NCBI GenBank assembly: GCA_963837955.1
Contig: CAWIPH010000002.1
Coordinates: 3,680,001-3,744,000 of the forward strand
Direction of reading: 5' to 3'
DNA length: 64,000 bases
DNA from: an uncultured Verrucomicrobiae bacterium
GTDB taxonomy: Bacteria > Verrucomicrobiota > Verrucomicrobiia > Chthoniobacterales > JAFAMB01
Shown: one piece after another, positions 9,553 to 18,757 of the stretch
Layout: every line of letters begins with the position of its first letter
Position numbering within the stretch: the first letter of the stretch is position 1
Translations under genes and position numbers: made by a program
The notes under the pieces: model-generated
Told to the model about the DNA's origin: nothing
Databases searched by the model: none
Seen by the model: only the letters and a program-made list of their open reading frames with translations

Positions 9553-11736
9553 GTGAACTTCGAGCTTTCCTCCGAATATAAACCAAGAGGCGATCAGCAA
9601 GCGGCCATTGATCAACTCTTTCGTTCGCTGCAGGCGGGCAACCGTCACCAAACATTGCTGGGTGTAACCGGATCAGGAAAAACCTTCACGGCGGCCAATT
9701 TGATCGCGCAACTCGGGAAACCGACTTTGGTGATTTCGCACAACAAGACTCTAGCCGCCCAACTCTACAGCGAATTTAAGCAATTCTTCCCGCGGAATGC
9801 GGTCGAATATTTCGTCAGTTATTTCGATTATTACCAGCCGGAGGCGTACATCCCGCGGACCGACACCTACATCGAAAAGGATTCATCCATCAACGAAGAG
9901 ATCGAGCGACTTCGGTTGTCAGCCACAAGTTCCCTGCTTTCGCGTCAGGATGTTATCGTCGTGGCTAGTGTCTCCTGCATCTACGGGTTGGGTTCCCCGG
10001 AAGATTACTCGAACATGTCCTGCAACATCTATTGCGGACAGCAAATCTCGCGTGAGCTCTTTCTGGCCAAGCTGGTCGACATGCTTTATGAGCGAAACGA
10101 CATTGCTCTCTCCCGCGGAAAATTCCGGGCTCGGGGAGATGTCGTCGAAGTGTATCCTGCGATTTCGGACGAGGAAGCGATTCGAGTCGAATTCTTTGGC
10201 GATGAGATTGACCGAATCGCTCGCTTCGATCCTCTCACTGGCTCTGTCATTAACGCCCCGGATCGGTTCACCTTCTTCCCAGCGAAACAGTTCGTCACAC
10301 CGTACGAAAAGATGCGGCGCGCAGTTCAAGCTATTCGCGTCGAACTGGACGAACGCATTCCCTGGTTTGAGAGCCAGAACAAGTTCCTGGAAGCGCAACG
10401 GATCAAAATGCGAACCGAGTTCGACCTCGAGATGATGCAGGAAATGGGGTTTTGCAGTGGAATCGAGAATTATTCGCGTCACCTGAGCGGGCGAGAACCC
10501 GGTTCACGGCCTTACACATTACTCGACTTCTTTCCGAGAGACTTTCTGCTCGTGATCGACGAATCGCATGCGACCATCCCCCAAATTGGCGGAATGTATG
10601 AGGGAGACCGCTCTCGAAAGTTGACCTTGGTCGAATATGGGTTCCGGCTCCCCAGTGCATTGGATAACCGGCCATTGAATTTCCCGGAGTTCATGGATAT
10701 GACCGGGCAGATACTCTACATCAGCGCGACTCCAGCCGAATTTGAGATTCGGAATAGCGTGGTCGGGAATGAAACCTATATTCCACACTCCCGCGCCCGG
10801 ATTGGGCAAGAGGAGACTGAACCGGTCCTTTTGCCGATGTTAACCGGCCGCGCTTCCTCCCAGTTCGATGTCCACACACCAGGCTCCCGCTTAGTCGCCC
10901 AACAAATTATCCGCCCAACTGGCTTGTTGGATCCGCGCATCACGTTGCGGTCACTCAAGCATCAGGTCGATGAAACCATCGAATTCTGCCGGCAAAGAGT
11001 AGAAAAAGGCGAACGCGTGTTGATTACGACCTTGACGAAGCGAACTGCCGAAGATCTGACCGATTATTTGCGCGATGTCGGACTGAAAGTACGCTACTTA
11101 CACAGCGAAATTGGCGCTATCGAACGAGTCGAAATCCTGCGTTCCCTCCGAGCCGGTGAGTTCGATGTTCTGGTCGGGATCAACCTGCTGCGAGAAGGGT
11201 TAGATCTGCCGGAAGTCAGCCTCGTCTGTATTCTGGACGCCGACAAAGAGGGGTTTTTGCGGAGTCAGACTTCTTTGATTCAAACAGCAGGTCGGGCCGC
11301 GCGTCACTTGAACGGTGAGGTCGTGCTGTTTGCCGATACGATGACCGAAAGCATTCAACGGCTTATCGCGATTACGGAGTACCGGCGCGCCAAACAGATG
11401 GAGCACAACGAAGCCAATGGCATCACTCCGACGAGCGTGCGTCGCGCCGTCCAGGAAAGCCTCCACACGATACTCCGTGGACGCGATTTAGAGCAGTCAA
11501 TCATCCGCGAAAGCGGTGCAGATCTTGATCTAACCGAAGTGCTAAAAGAGCTCGAAGCGGAAATGCAGGCGGCAGCAGCGAATCTGGAATATGAACGAGC
11601 CGCATTGCTGCGCGACCAGATCAACGAGCTGAAGAACGGTACAGGCCTTTCGAAGATCGAGCCCAAAAATCGACGCCCGGTTTCTTATCGCTCGCCTCAG
11701 GGTTCCCGGCGTGGACCAAAAGCAAAGAAACGTTGA
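9553..11736 (+). CDS. uvrB: excinuclease ABC subunit B
   Basis: GVTGSGKT, YFDYYQPEAY, DESH, NLLREGLD, GRAAR, C-terminal UVR coiled coil; GTG at 9553 chosen. Confidence 0.97.
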   Translation: MNFELSSEYKPRGDQQAAIDQLFRSLQAGNRHQTLLGVTGSGKTFTAANLIAQLGKPTLVISHNKTLAAQLYSEFKQFFPRNAVEYFVSYFDYYQPEAYIPRTDTYIEKDSSINEEIERLRLSATSSLLSRQDVIVVASVSCIYGLGSPEDYSNMSCNIYCGQQISRELFLAKLVDMLYERNDIALSRGKFRARGDVVEVYPAISDEEAIRVEFFGDEIDRIARFDPLTGSVINAPDRFTFFPAKQFVTPYEKMRRAVQAIRVELDERIPWFESQNKFLEAQRIKMRTEFDLEMMQEMGFCSGIENYSRHLSGREPGSRPYTLLDFFPRDFLLVIDESHATIPQIGGMYEGDRSRKLTLVEYGFRLPSALDNRPLNFPEFMDMTGQILYISATPAEFEIRNSVVGNETYIPHSRARIGQEETEPVLLPMLTGRASSQFDVHTPGSRLVAQQIIRPTGLLDPRITLRSLKHQVDETIEFCRQRVEKGERVLITTLTKRTAEDLTDYLRDVGLKVRYLHSEIGAIERVEILRSLRAGEFDVLVGINLLREGLDLPEVSLVCILDADKEGFLRSQTSLIQTAGRAARHLNGEVVLFADTMTESIQRLIAITEYRRAKQMEHNEANGITPTSVRRAVQESLHTILRGRDLEQSIIRESGADLDLTEVLKELEAEMQAAAANLEYERAALLRDQINELKNGTGLSKIEPKNRRPVSYRSPQGSRRGPKAKKR

Positions 11737-11737
11737 G

Positions 11738-11906
11738 GTAGCCTGATCCTCCTGGCTCAGGGTTGGTACAGCGTGTGAGACGTGATTGGTGGCGAAATCT
11801 CACGCAAAGACGCAAAGGCGCAAAGAGGAACGGGAAAGGTTGGCTCCAGCGAGTAGCCTGATCCTCCTGGCTCAGGGTTGGTACAGCGTGTGAGACGTGA
11901 TTGGTG
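11738..11906. repeat. two direct 54-bp copies of family A REP
   Basis: identical 54-mers at 11738-11791 and 11853-11906. Confidence 0.85.
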
Positions 11907-12090
11907 ATCGGTGATTAGGCGCACAGCGCCGACTTGTCCGCCGAAGCGTTCGTTTGTAATGACCAATGGTGCGGAGATTTTGCGAATGCGGAAGGTGCGC
12001 GTCAGGATAGCCTAGAGGAGCTTGTCGGACTTGATTTAGAGCTTAGGGGTAGCTGGTTAGGGGCCGGGCGAGCTATTTTGAGTTGTATCT

Positions 12091-12110
12091 AATTAGATAT
12101 CTGTCTAATT
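12091..12110. promoter_or_regulatory. probable autoregulatory operator of the ArsR gene
   Basis: palindrome AATTAGA-tatctg-TCTAATT 8 bp upstream of the ATG. Confidence 0.55.
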
Positions 12111-12118
12111 TAGAACTG

Positions 12119-12700
12119 ATGACTGAAACAGAGGTCGCATCGTTGCTGCGTTTCTTTAAAGCACTGAGCCATCAGAGTCGGGTAAAGCTGCTCGGCTTTT
12201 TGGCGCAGCAAGACCGGTCCGTTCAGGAACTGGCCGGCCTACTTGGCCTTTCCGAGCCGACAACGTCGCATCATCTGAGTCTGCTGCGAGAAGCTGACTT
12301 GGTTCGGCTGCGCCCGGAAGGGAACTTGCACTGGTACGCGTTCGAGGCGGGCGGACTTGCGCGCCTGGCAAAGTCACTTCTTTCCCGTGAGCAAATCGCC
12401 TCTTGGAGCGGCGAGCCCAAAACCGAGGCGCCGGATCGTGTAATCCAAAACTATCTTGAACCAGACGGTCGCCTCCGGCTAATCCCAGCGATGCGCAAAA
12501 AGCGTTACCCGGTCCTCCGGTGGCTGGCTACTCATTTCGATTTGGACCGCCACTATCGAGAAGCGGAAGTGAATCAGATTCTGCAGACCCGGTATTGGGA
12601 TAGCGCTACCCTCCGACGCGAATTAGTGGGTTATCGAATGTTGGCGCGCGAAAAAGGGGTTTATTGGCGCCTACCTGAAGAGCAGTGGTCGCCTGCGTAG
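12119..12700 (+). CDS. ArsR/SmtB family regulator fused to DUF2087-like domain
   Basis: FKALSHQSRVKLL..SVQELA..SEPTTSHHL; C-terminal EAEVN..DSATLRRELV. Confidence 0.88.
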   Translation: MTETEVASLLRFFKALSHQSRVKLLGFLAQQDRSVQELAGLLGLSEPTTSHHLSLLREADLVRLRPEGNLHWYAFEAGGLARLAKSLLSREQIASWSGEPKTEAPDRVIQNYLEPDGRLRLIPAMRKKRYPVLRWLATHFDLDRHYREAEVNQILQTRYWDSATLRRELVGYRMLAREKGVYWRLPEEQWSPA

Positions 12701-12727
12701 CCGAGGCTGATCCAGAACTACGAATGT

Positions 12728-12807
12728 CCTGAGCCAGGAGGATCAGGCTACTCGCTAAGCCAACCTTTCCCGTTTTTCTTTGCGCCTTTGCGTCTTTGCG
12801 TGAGATT
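12728..12807. repeat. ~80-bp inverted copy of 11796-11876 (family A REP plus flank)
   Basis: direct reverse-complement comparison. Confidence 0.8.
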
Positions 12808-12835
12808 CTTCTGCGTCTTTGCGTGAGATTCTTTC

Positions 12836-13960
12836 TCAAGGGGCCAGAAGAATCACGAGCAACTTGCTCAACACGAGACGCGGTTCCAGCTGGGTGGTCA
12901 CCAACTGGATGTTAACCCTCAAGCATTCCTCGAGGCCGCTAACCAACTGAGAGAGAGAGAATCGATGAGCCTCACATGCTGCGATCCCCAGCGCATAAGC
13001 GTTCACGCTTCCATCTTTTCTTCGGGGCAAAAAACTTTGAGCCGCTTGAGGTAATCTGTTAATAACGCTACCAAATTGGAAAGGCGCATTCGGCGGCTTC
13101 ACGCCGTACGTTTCCAAAATCTCTTTCGCGACCAGGAGGTTGCGAACCGTCGGAATGATCGCCGCGTAAAGAATCCCGATCGGTGTTTCTCCTTGAAACA
13201 ACAGTTGATCCAGCAGCGCCAGACTTCCGGTGAGCCGTCGCTTGGCAACCGCGTTACCGAGTTCCCAAATGACGCCGGTCGCGGTTTTGGCTACCAAGTT
13301 GCGGACCAACTCCGAATCGATCTCTCGCTTCTCGCCTAGATAGACGTCGATCTTCTCCAGCTCGTTGCGCAGCTGTCTGGTGTCGGCGCCGGCCAATCGG
13401 ACGAATATCTCGAGGGCTTCCGGCTGAAAGACTAACCTTCGTTCGGCGGCGAGACCGCGCGCTAAACTTTCCGCTTCTTCCTCCCAGCCCGAACGACTGG
13501 TGTCGATTCGATCGAATTGTTCGACCGTCGCCACTTTGGCCAGCGCCTTATAAAATGAACGACGCTTGTCTATTTCGGATGCGCTCAGCAGAAAAGAGAC
13601 ACCGGACGGGAGACCGGCGGAAAGAAATTGCTGCAGGTGATCAAGAGCGGCCAAAACTTGAGTGGATCTGCCGGTGACGGTGTCGCCACAGAAATTAACA
13701 TCCTTTAACCAAACCAGCTTTCCCGATCCAAAAAACGGTAGCGTCTGGACGGCGTCAATCACCCCACGAATTCGATTTACCGCTTGATCGGCATTGTCTG
13801 CGGCGCCGTCGATCAGATCCTGACCAAAATCCCCGGCATCTTTCGGGGTGAGCTGCTGCGCCAGCTCTCGTGCCCGGTTCTTTACCGTGCCCTCATCGGA
13901 GCCGACAACGGCATAAATCTGGGAGGTTTTAGGAGATCCGGCTGTCTTCTTTGGAGCCAT
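12836..13960 (-). CDS. holA: DNA polymerase III delta subunit
   Basis: IYAVVGSDE, QTLPFFG, LRNELEKI; ATG at 13960 chosen. Confidence 0.88.
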   Translation of the reverse strand: MAPKKTAGSPKTSQIYAVVGSDEGTVKNRARELAQQLTPKDAGDFGQDLIDGAADNADQAVNRIRGVIDAVQTLPFFGSGKLVWLKDVNFCGDTVTGRSTQVLAALDHLQQFLSAGLPSGVSFLLSASEIDKRRSFYKALAKVATVEQFDRIDTSRSGWEEEAESLARGLAAERRLVFQPEALEIFVRLAGADTRQLRNELEKIDVYLGEKREIDSELVRNLVAKTATGVIWELGNAVAKRRLTGSLALLDQLLFQGETPIGILYAAIIPTVRNLLVAKEILETYGVKPPNAPFQFGSVINRLPQAAQSFLPRRKDGSVNAYALGIAACEAHRFSLSQLVSGLEECLRVNIQLVTTQLEPRLVLSKLLVILLAP

Positions 13961-14030
13961 GAAATCACAGCATTCTTTAAGGAACCGGTGGAGTAAAGGA
14001 GTTACAGCGTCGTCGGCGCGCATCCCCCAA

Positions 14031-14209
14031 GATCGGTAGGGCGAAAACCTCGGCGCGCCGCTGGGCTAATATAAATCAGTAATGTGCACGCGCCGGGTTT
14101 GAGCCGCCTCGGCGCATCGCAGCTCCCAGATTTCGAATTTCCTTTTCGGCCTAACGGGGTTCGGTCACGCTCCCGGTTCGGCGGTCCGGGAGGACACGCC
14201 CTACCGATC
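14031..14209. repeat. GTAG-type REP doublet (gatcggtagggcg...)
   Basis: gatcggtagggcg at 14031 and cgccctaccgatc ending 14209, with imperfect inner palindromes. Confidence 0.65.
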
Positions 14210-14242
14210 GTGGGCCGCCGACGCGCGAATTCTCCGCTCCCC

Positions 14243-14872
14243 TTATCGCTCTAAAAGAAGAGCGCCATTCTGAACACGGACGCTCTGAATCGCGCGGGTT
14301 TGTTGAATCTCGTTCAATGCCGAAAGCAATTGGTTTAGCGTCGGTTCGGTTTGGTCCTTAAAACTGCGCAAAGCGACCGGGTCAAGCGGCTTTCCCGCAC
14401 CAGTAACTCGTAGGACGTTCACCGTTATTTTTTCGTCTGAGATGATCGGTCGCAGGAACACTTCATAGTTCAGGTACTTCGTGACAAACGGCACAAAATG
14501 TAGCGGGACTCGCAGACGTAGTTCAGCCTCATTCTCGCGGAACACGACGTTCGCACCTTTCTGAAGGAAACCGAGCTCCGGTGCCTCTGCTAACATTGCG
14601 TTGACATCGGCTTCCGAAAGCGAAACCGAGCGAATCTCTGCACTCTGCAGGAAATCGTTCAACTTACGGCGCGCTTGCTGATAGGCACCCGGGGTAATGG
14701 CACTATGCGTTACCGCGAGTGGTTGATCCGAAGAGATCGTGTAAAGACTCCAAGCGAAGCGCACTGAAAAAAAAGCGACTGCGGCTACGACCACCAACAG
14801 GAACGTCGCGCCAAGGCACCCTACCATTCCGCAACAGCCGCACCCACCTTGCCGACGCGTATCGTAAGCCAT
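14243..14872 (-). CDS. membrane-anchored hypothetical protein
   Basis: GCGCCG..GC stretch then TM helix; 209 aa. Confidence 0.75.
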   Translation of the reverse strand: MAYDTRRQGGCGCCGMVGCLGATFLLVVVAAVAFFSVRFAWSLYTISSDQPLAVTHSAITPGAYQQARRKLNDFLQSAEIRSVSLSEADVNAMLAEAPELGFLQKGANVVFRENEAELRLRVPLHFVPFVTKYLNYEVFLRPIISDEKITVNVLRVTGAGKPLDPVALRSFKDQTEPTLNQLLSALNEIQQTRAIQSVRVQNGALLLER

Positions 14873-14993
14873 AGCCTAAGAAGCTCACCAAAGAACAGCG
14901 GGAGCGATCGTATCTTTAAAATATATTGACGCTGAGCAATTTAACCTTACGGGAAGGGTGCCACTTTGCTATTCTTTTTGTGAGGTTCTCAGC

Positions 14994-15689
14994 CTAGTAC
15001 AAGATCCGGCCGCATTGCTCACAATAGACGATCTCCCGCGCCAGCTTCACCTTGTGCACCGTCGTAGTGGTATTTTTCATGTGACAACCCATGCAAACCT
15101 CGTGCTCCACCGGCACGATCGGTGTGCCATTTTTGCTCGTGAACAGTCGCTGATAACGAGAAAGCAGATCTTCGTCGATGGTTGCGGCCAAGGCCTTGCG
15201 CTCCGCCACGGTTTCGAGAAGCCGTTGCTCCAATGTCTCCTGTTTCTTGGCCAATGCGGTTAACTGCTGTTCTGCTTGAGCTCTGCTCGCCTTCAATTCG
15301 GCTTCTGCTTGCTGAGTTTCTCGGCCCGCAGCTTCTACCTGCTCCATCAGCAAGATCTCTTGGTCTTCAATTTGCTCGATCTCCTGTTCCAGCCGAGCGA
15401 TCGATTGGCCGAGTGATTGGAATTCTTCGTTTTTTCGTGTTTGCGATTGTTGAGTTTTGTATTTAGCGATGGTGTCGCGCCGGCTGTCTGCATCAAGTTC
15501 CAGCTTTTTTCTCTGCACCTCGATCTCTTTGCCTCGCAGTTTGATTTGATCGAAGGCCTCGCCTCGGTTTTTTACTGTTTGCTCAATGCGTTGTCGCTCC
15601 AGCGGTACGGAATTTAGTTCAATTTGGTAGGCTTTGATTTTTTGGTCACGATCTTGAATAACCAGTAGCTGTTCGATCTCGGGCAGCAT
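14994..15689 (-). CDS. coiled-coil protein with C-terminal C4 zinc ribbon (CT398/zf-RING_7-like)
   Basis: long coiled coil, CMGCH...CEQCGRILY. Confidence 0.9.
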   Translation of the reverse strand: MLPEIEQLLVIQDRDQKIKAYQIELNSVPLERQRIEQTVKNRGEAFDQIKLRGKEIEVQRKKLELDADSRRDTIAKYKTQQSQTRKNEEFQSLGQSIARLEQEIEQIEDQEILLMEQVEAAGRETQQAEAELKASRAQAEQQLTALAKKQETLEQRLLETVAERKALAATIDEDLLSRYQRLFTSKNGTPIVPVEHEVCMGCHMKNTTTTVHKVKLAREIVYCEQCGRILY

Positions 15690-15829
15690 TGTGCTTTTAG
15701 TCTAGAACAAGAAACGGAAAACGGAAAACTGGAAACAGGAGGTAAAATACGGAATACGGACCCTCGGGATGGCGAAGCACATAGTAAACGGCCAATCGCT
15801 ATCTTCCAAACTCTGCGACCGGTAACCTC

Positions 15830-16930
15830 TCAGTAGATCTCCACTGGCGACCGCTTGCCATCGTCAGGGCTTCGTTGCTTGGCCAACTCGGACCCAAGCA
15901 CGGCAACCCGAAGATCCCAAACCTGATCGTCCAGGGCTTGAAAGGCTTCTTCCGAAAACGGCCGAGCTGGAGCAAGCTGACGCTTGACGGCATCAATCGC
16001 AGACAGCGCGGGATCAAGCAGCTTGGGAGTGAGACGATGAAGTGTTTCATAGGCCTCGCGCACCATCGAAATGCGGTGGCAAATCATCGCTAGATGATTT
16101 CCGGCGGTAACGGATCGAGTGATCGCTTCAACAAATCCGACCTCATTGATGATCGCACCCATATCGAGATCGTCGGTCGTGATCAGCCCAGTAAAACCCA
16201 GTTCCTCTTTAAGCAAATCGGTAATGACACGTCTGGATAAAGAGGCCGGAATCTTTTCTGGATCCAACGCCGGATACCAAGCGTGCCCAATCATCATGCT
16301 AGAGACCCGATTCGCAAAAGCTCGAAAGATCGCGAGTTCGCACGCCTCGAGTTCAGTCCGGGAACGCTCGATCGTGGGAAGATCATGATGAGGGTCTAAG
16401 CCGGCGGCCGCGTATCCTGGAAAATGCTTTCCACAAGTAAGAATGCCAGTCGACAGTAGCGAATCATGGAAAGCTCCGGCAAATTGGATCACCTGTTCCA
16501 CCGAAGTTCCAAAGCAACGGCCCCGCAACGAATTATCCGCTCCATCATCAAACGAGATGTCCAAAACGGGGCAAAGATCGAGATTGAACCCGAATAGCCG
16601 GAGCAGATTGCCAGTGAGTTCCCCATGGACCCGAATCAAACTTTCATCGCCTTTCTGCCGAAGCTGCTGAGCGTTAGGCGGCTCATTACCGATCACCTTT
16701 AGGCGCGAAACGCGGCCACCTTCCTGGTCGATGGCAACGAGCGGCTCAACCGCAGAGAGATCACGCAAATCGTCCACCAAGTTTCTGAGCTGACTTGGAC
16801 TTCGGATGTTCCGGGCAAACAAAACGAAACCACCGGGCTGGATCTCTCGAAAAGCGGCCGCAGTCTCCGAATCCAAGTCGGGACCGGGAACTCCGACCAG
16901 CAAAAGTTGACCTAAATCACTTCGTTCCAT
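15830..16930 (-). CDS. nagZ: glycoside hydrolase family 3 beta-N-acetylhexosaminidase
   Basis: IDQEGGRVSRL, KHFPG, DPHHDLP, TDDLDMGA; ATG at 16930 chosen. Confidence 0.85.
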   Translation of the reverse strand: MERSDLGQLLLVGVPGPDLDSETAAAFREIQPGGFVLFARNIRSPSQLRNLVDDLRDLSAVEPLVAIDQEGGRVSRLKVIGNEPPNAQQLRQKGDESLIRVHGELTGNLLRLFGFNLDLCPVLDISFDDGADNSLRGRCFGTSVEQVIQFAGAFHDSLLSTGILTCGKHFPGYAAAGLDPHHDLPTIERSRTELEACELAIFRAFANRVSSMMIGHAWYPALDPEKIPASLSRRVITDLLKEELGFTGLITTDDLDMGAIINEVGFVEAITRSVTAGNHLAMICHRISMVREAYETLHRLTPKLLDPALSAIDAVKRQLAPARPFSEEAFQALDDQVWDLRVAVLGSELAKQRSPDDGKRSPVEIY

Positions 16931-17011
16931 AGGCTGAATCGCATGATACGGGAGAGTCGAAAGATGGCGATGATAACTTTTCGTTTTCAGCATTAATTTG
17001 GCCAGATATTG

Positions 17012-17593
17012 ATGAAGATCGCGATTTATGGCGGCACATTTGACCCGATTCATCACGGACATCTGATTCTCGCGCGGCAAGCTTTAGAAGATCTGAATTT
17101 AGATCTGGTGATCTTCGTTCCAGCGGCCGAGTCGCCGTTCAAAACAAACCATCATACTGCGCCGGCGGAGCACCGTCTGGAGATGGTCAAATTAGCGGTT
17201 CAGAATGAGCCGGGCTTCGTCGTGGACTCTCTGGAGATCGATCGCGGGGGAACTTCCTTCTCGATTGACACTGTACTTGCTATCCGAAAGAAATTTCCGA
17301 ACTCCGAACTTTTTTTTCTGCTGGGCGAAGACAATGCGGATCACCTGCCGGAGTGGCATCGGTTCGAAGAACTCGAGAAGCTCGTCCGATTTATCGTCCT
17401 GAGCCGCACCGATAAGCGTTTGCCAAAACGATACCCAGTGATACGCCGGCATTTCGAGATCTCAGCAACGGATATCAGAAACAGAGTTGCCAATCGTCAG
17501 CCGATCACGTATCTGGTTCCAGAAGTCGTCTTGCGGTACATTCTGGATCATAACCTATATCAAGGAGAGCGCTTATCGGCCCGGAGGAGTTAG
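17012..17593 (+). CDS. nadD: nicotinate-nucleotide adenylyltransferase
   Basis: GGTFDPIHHGH, ISATDIR. Confidence 0.96.
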   Translation: MKIAIYGGTFDPIHHGHLILARQALEDLNLDLVIFVPAAESPFKTNHHTAPAEHRLEMVKLAVQNEPGFVVDSLEIDRGGTSFSIDTVLAIRKKFPNSELFFLLGEDNADHLPEWHRFEELEKLVRFIVLSRTDKRLPKRYPVIRRHFEISATDIRNRVANRQPITYLVPEVVLRYILDHNLYQGERLSARRS

Positions 17594-17922
17594 CACAACA
17601 TTGCGCGGAACTTGCCGAGGACAAGAAGGCCGAAGATATCGTTGTCCTTGACTTGCGAGGTATCTCGTCCTTCACCGATTATTTCGTGATTTGTTCGGCA
17701 ACTTCGGAACCGCATCTCAAAGCCATTAGCTCCGGGATTCGGGAAGGATTGCACCGACAATTCGGGTTATCGCCGATGGCCTCGGAAGGAGCTCCGGCCA
17801 GCCAATGGTTAGTGATAGATTACAATGACGTCTTAATCCACGTTTTCCATGCGCAGAAACGGCAATTTTACGCCTTGGAAAATCTCTGGAGCGATGCGCC
17901 TCGGATAAGCTACTCTATCTGA
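17575..17922 (+). CDS. rsfS: ribosome silencing factor (start probably non-canonical ATC)
   Basis: DKKAEDIVVLDL, TDYFVICSA, WLVIDY..VHVF..RQFYALENLW; follows nadD. Confidence 0.9.
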   Translation: MGPEELAQHCAELAEDKKAEDIVVLDLRGISSFTDYFVICSATSEPHLKAISSGIREGLHRQFGLSPMASEGAPASQWLVIDYNDVLIHVFHAQKRQFYALENLWSDAPRISYSI

Positions 17923-17932
17923 TCGACTCTTT

Positions 17933-18757
17933 ATGTTGAAGCATCGGGACGCAATCTTTCGTTTGCTCACCGACGATGATCCAGTAACCATCGATCTGAC
18001 CAAACGTCAGCTAGTCTCTTTCGGACCTACCATCGTATCGGACCTCCGTGAATTACTGGACTATGGCAATGATCTGGTCGGCAGCCATGTTCAGGACATT
18101 ATCGCCGAGATTGAAGTAGGAGATGCCGAGAAAAAATTGGAAACGCTCTGCTCCGACGTCTCTTCCACCCAGGCGCTGGAGGAGGCTTGTTGGTTGCTGG
18201 CACAATTTTTCCTGCCTGGCCTCGATGTACCCGCCTACGTAGAGCGGTTCGATCTCTGGGCATCCCAACTACGCGAGAAAACAGCGTCTGCGTCAACCGA
18301 TCTAATTCGGGTTCAGATCTTCGGGAATTTTTTTGCGAAACAACTCAGATTCAGAGGTAATTCGGAGAATTATTACGACGTAAAGAATTCACTTCTCCCT
18401 TTCGTGATCGACGCACGCCAAGGAATTCCCTCTTCGCTCTCCCTTGTTTACATATTCGTCGCAGCTCGCGCCGGATGGATCATCGATGGCGTCAGTTTGC
18501 CGGGCCATTTTATCGTCCGGCACGGCAGCGTCCTCTTCGATCCGTTTCACGAGGCGCAGATTCTCTCCGTTCGGGACTGTCAGAACGTCTTCCGTCACCA
18601 AAGTCTACCTTTCGAATCGAGCAGTCTGGACCCGGTCAGTCCGAGGCTGATTCTCACCCAAATTTTGGCTAACCTGGCCTATAGCCTGGAGGGCGAAGAG
18701 GAGTTTGATCAATCGACTAAGCTTTCCTCTTGGATTCGATTGCTCAACCGGACATGA
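17933..18757 (+). CDS. SirB1/transglutaminase-like domain protein
   Basis: FRGNSENYYD..NS, GIP..LS, GVSLPGHF, DPF. Confidence 0.85.
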   Translation: MLKHRDAIFRLLTDDDPVTIDLTKRQLVSFGPTIVSDLRELLDYGNDLVGSHVQDIIAEIEVGDAEKKLETLCSDVSSTQALEEACWLLAQFFLPGLDVPAYVERFDLWASQLREKTASASTDLIRVQIFGNFFAKQLRFRGNSENYYDVKNSLLPFVIDARQGIPSSLSLVYIFVAARAGWIIDGVSLPGHFIVRHGSVLFDPFHEAQILSVRDCQNVFRHQSLPFESSSLDPVSPRLILTQILANLAYSLEGEEEFDQSTKLSSWIRLLNRT

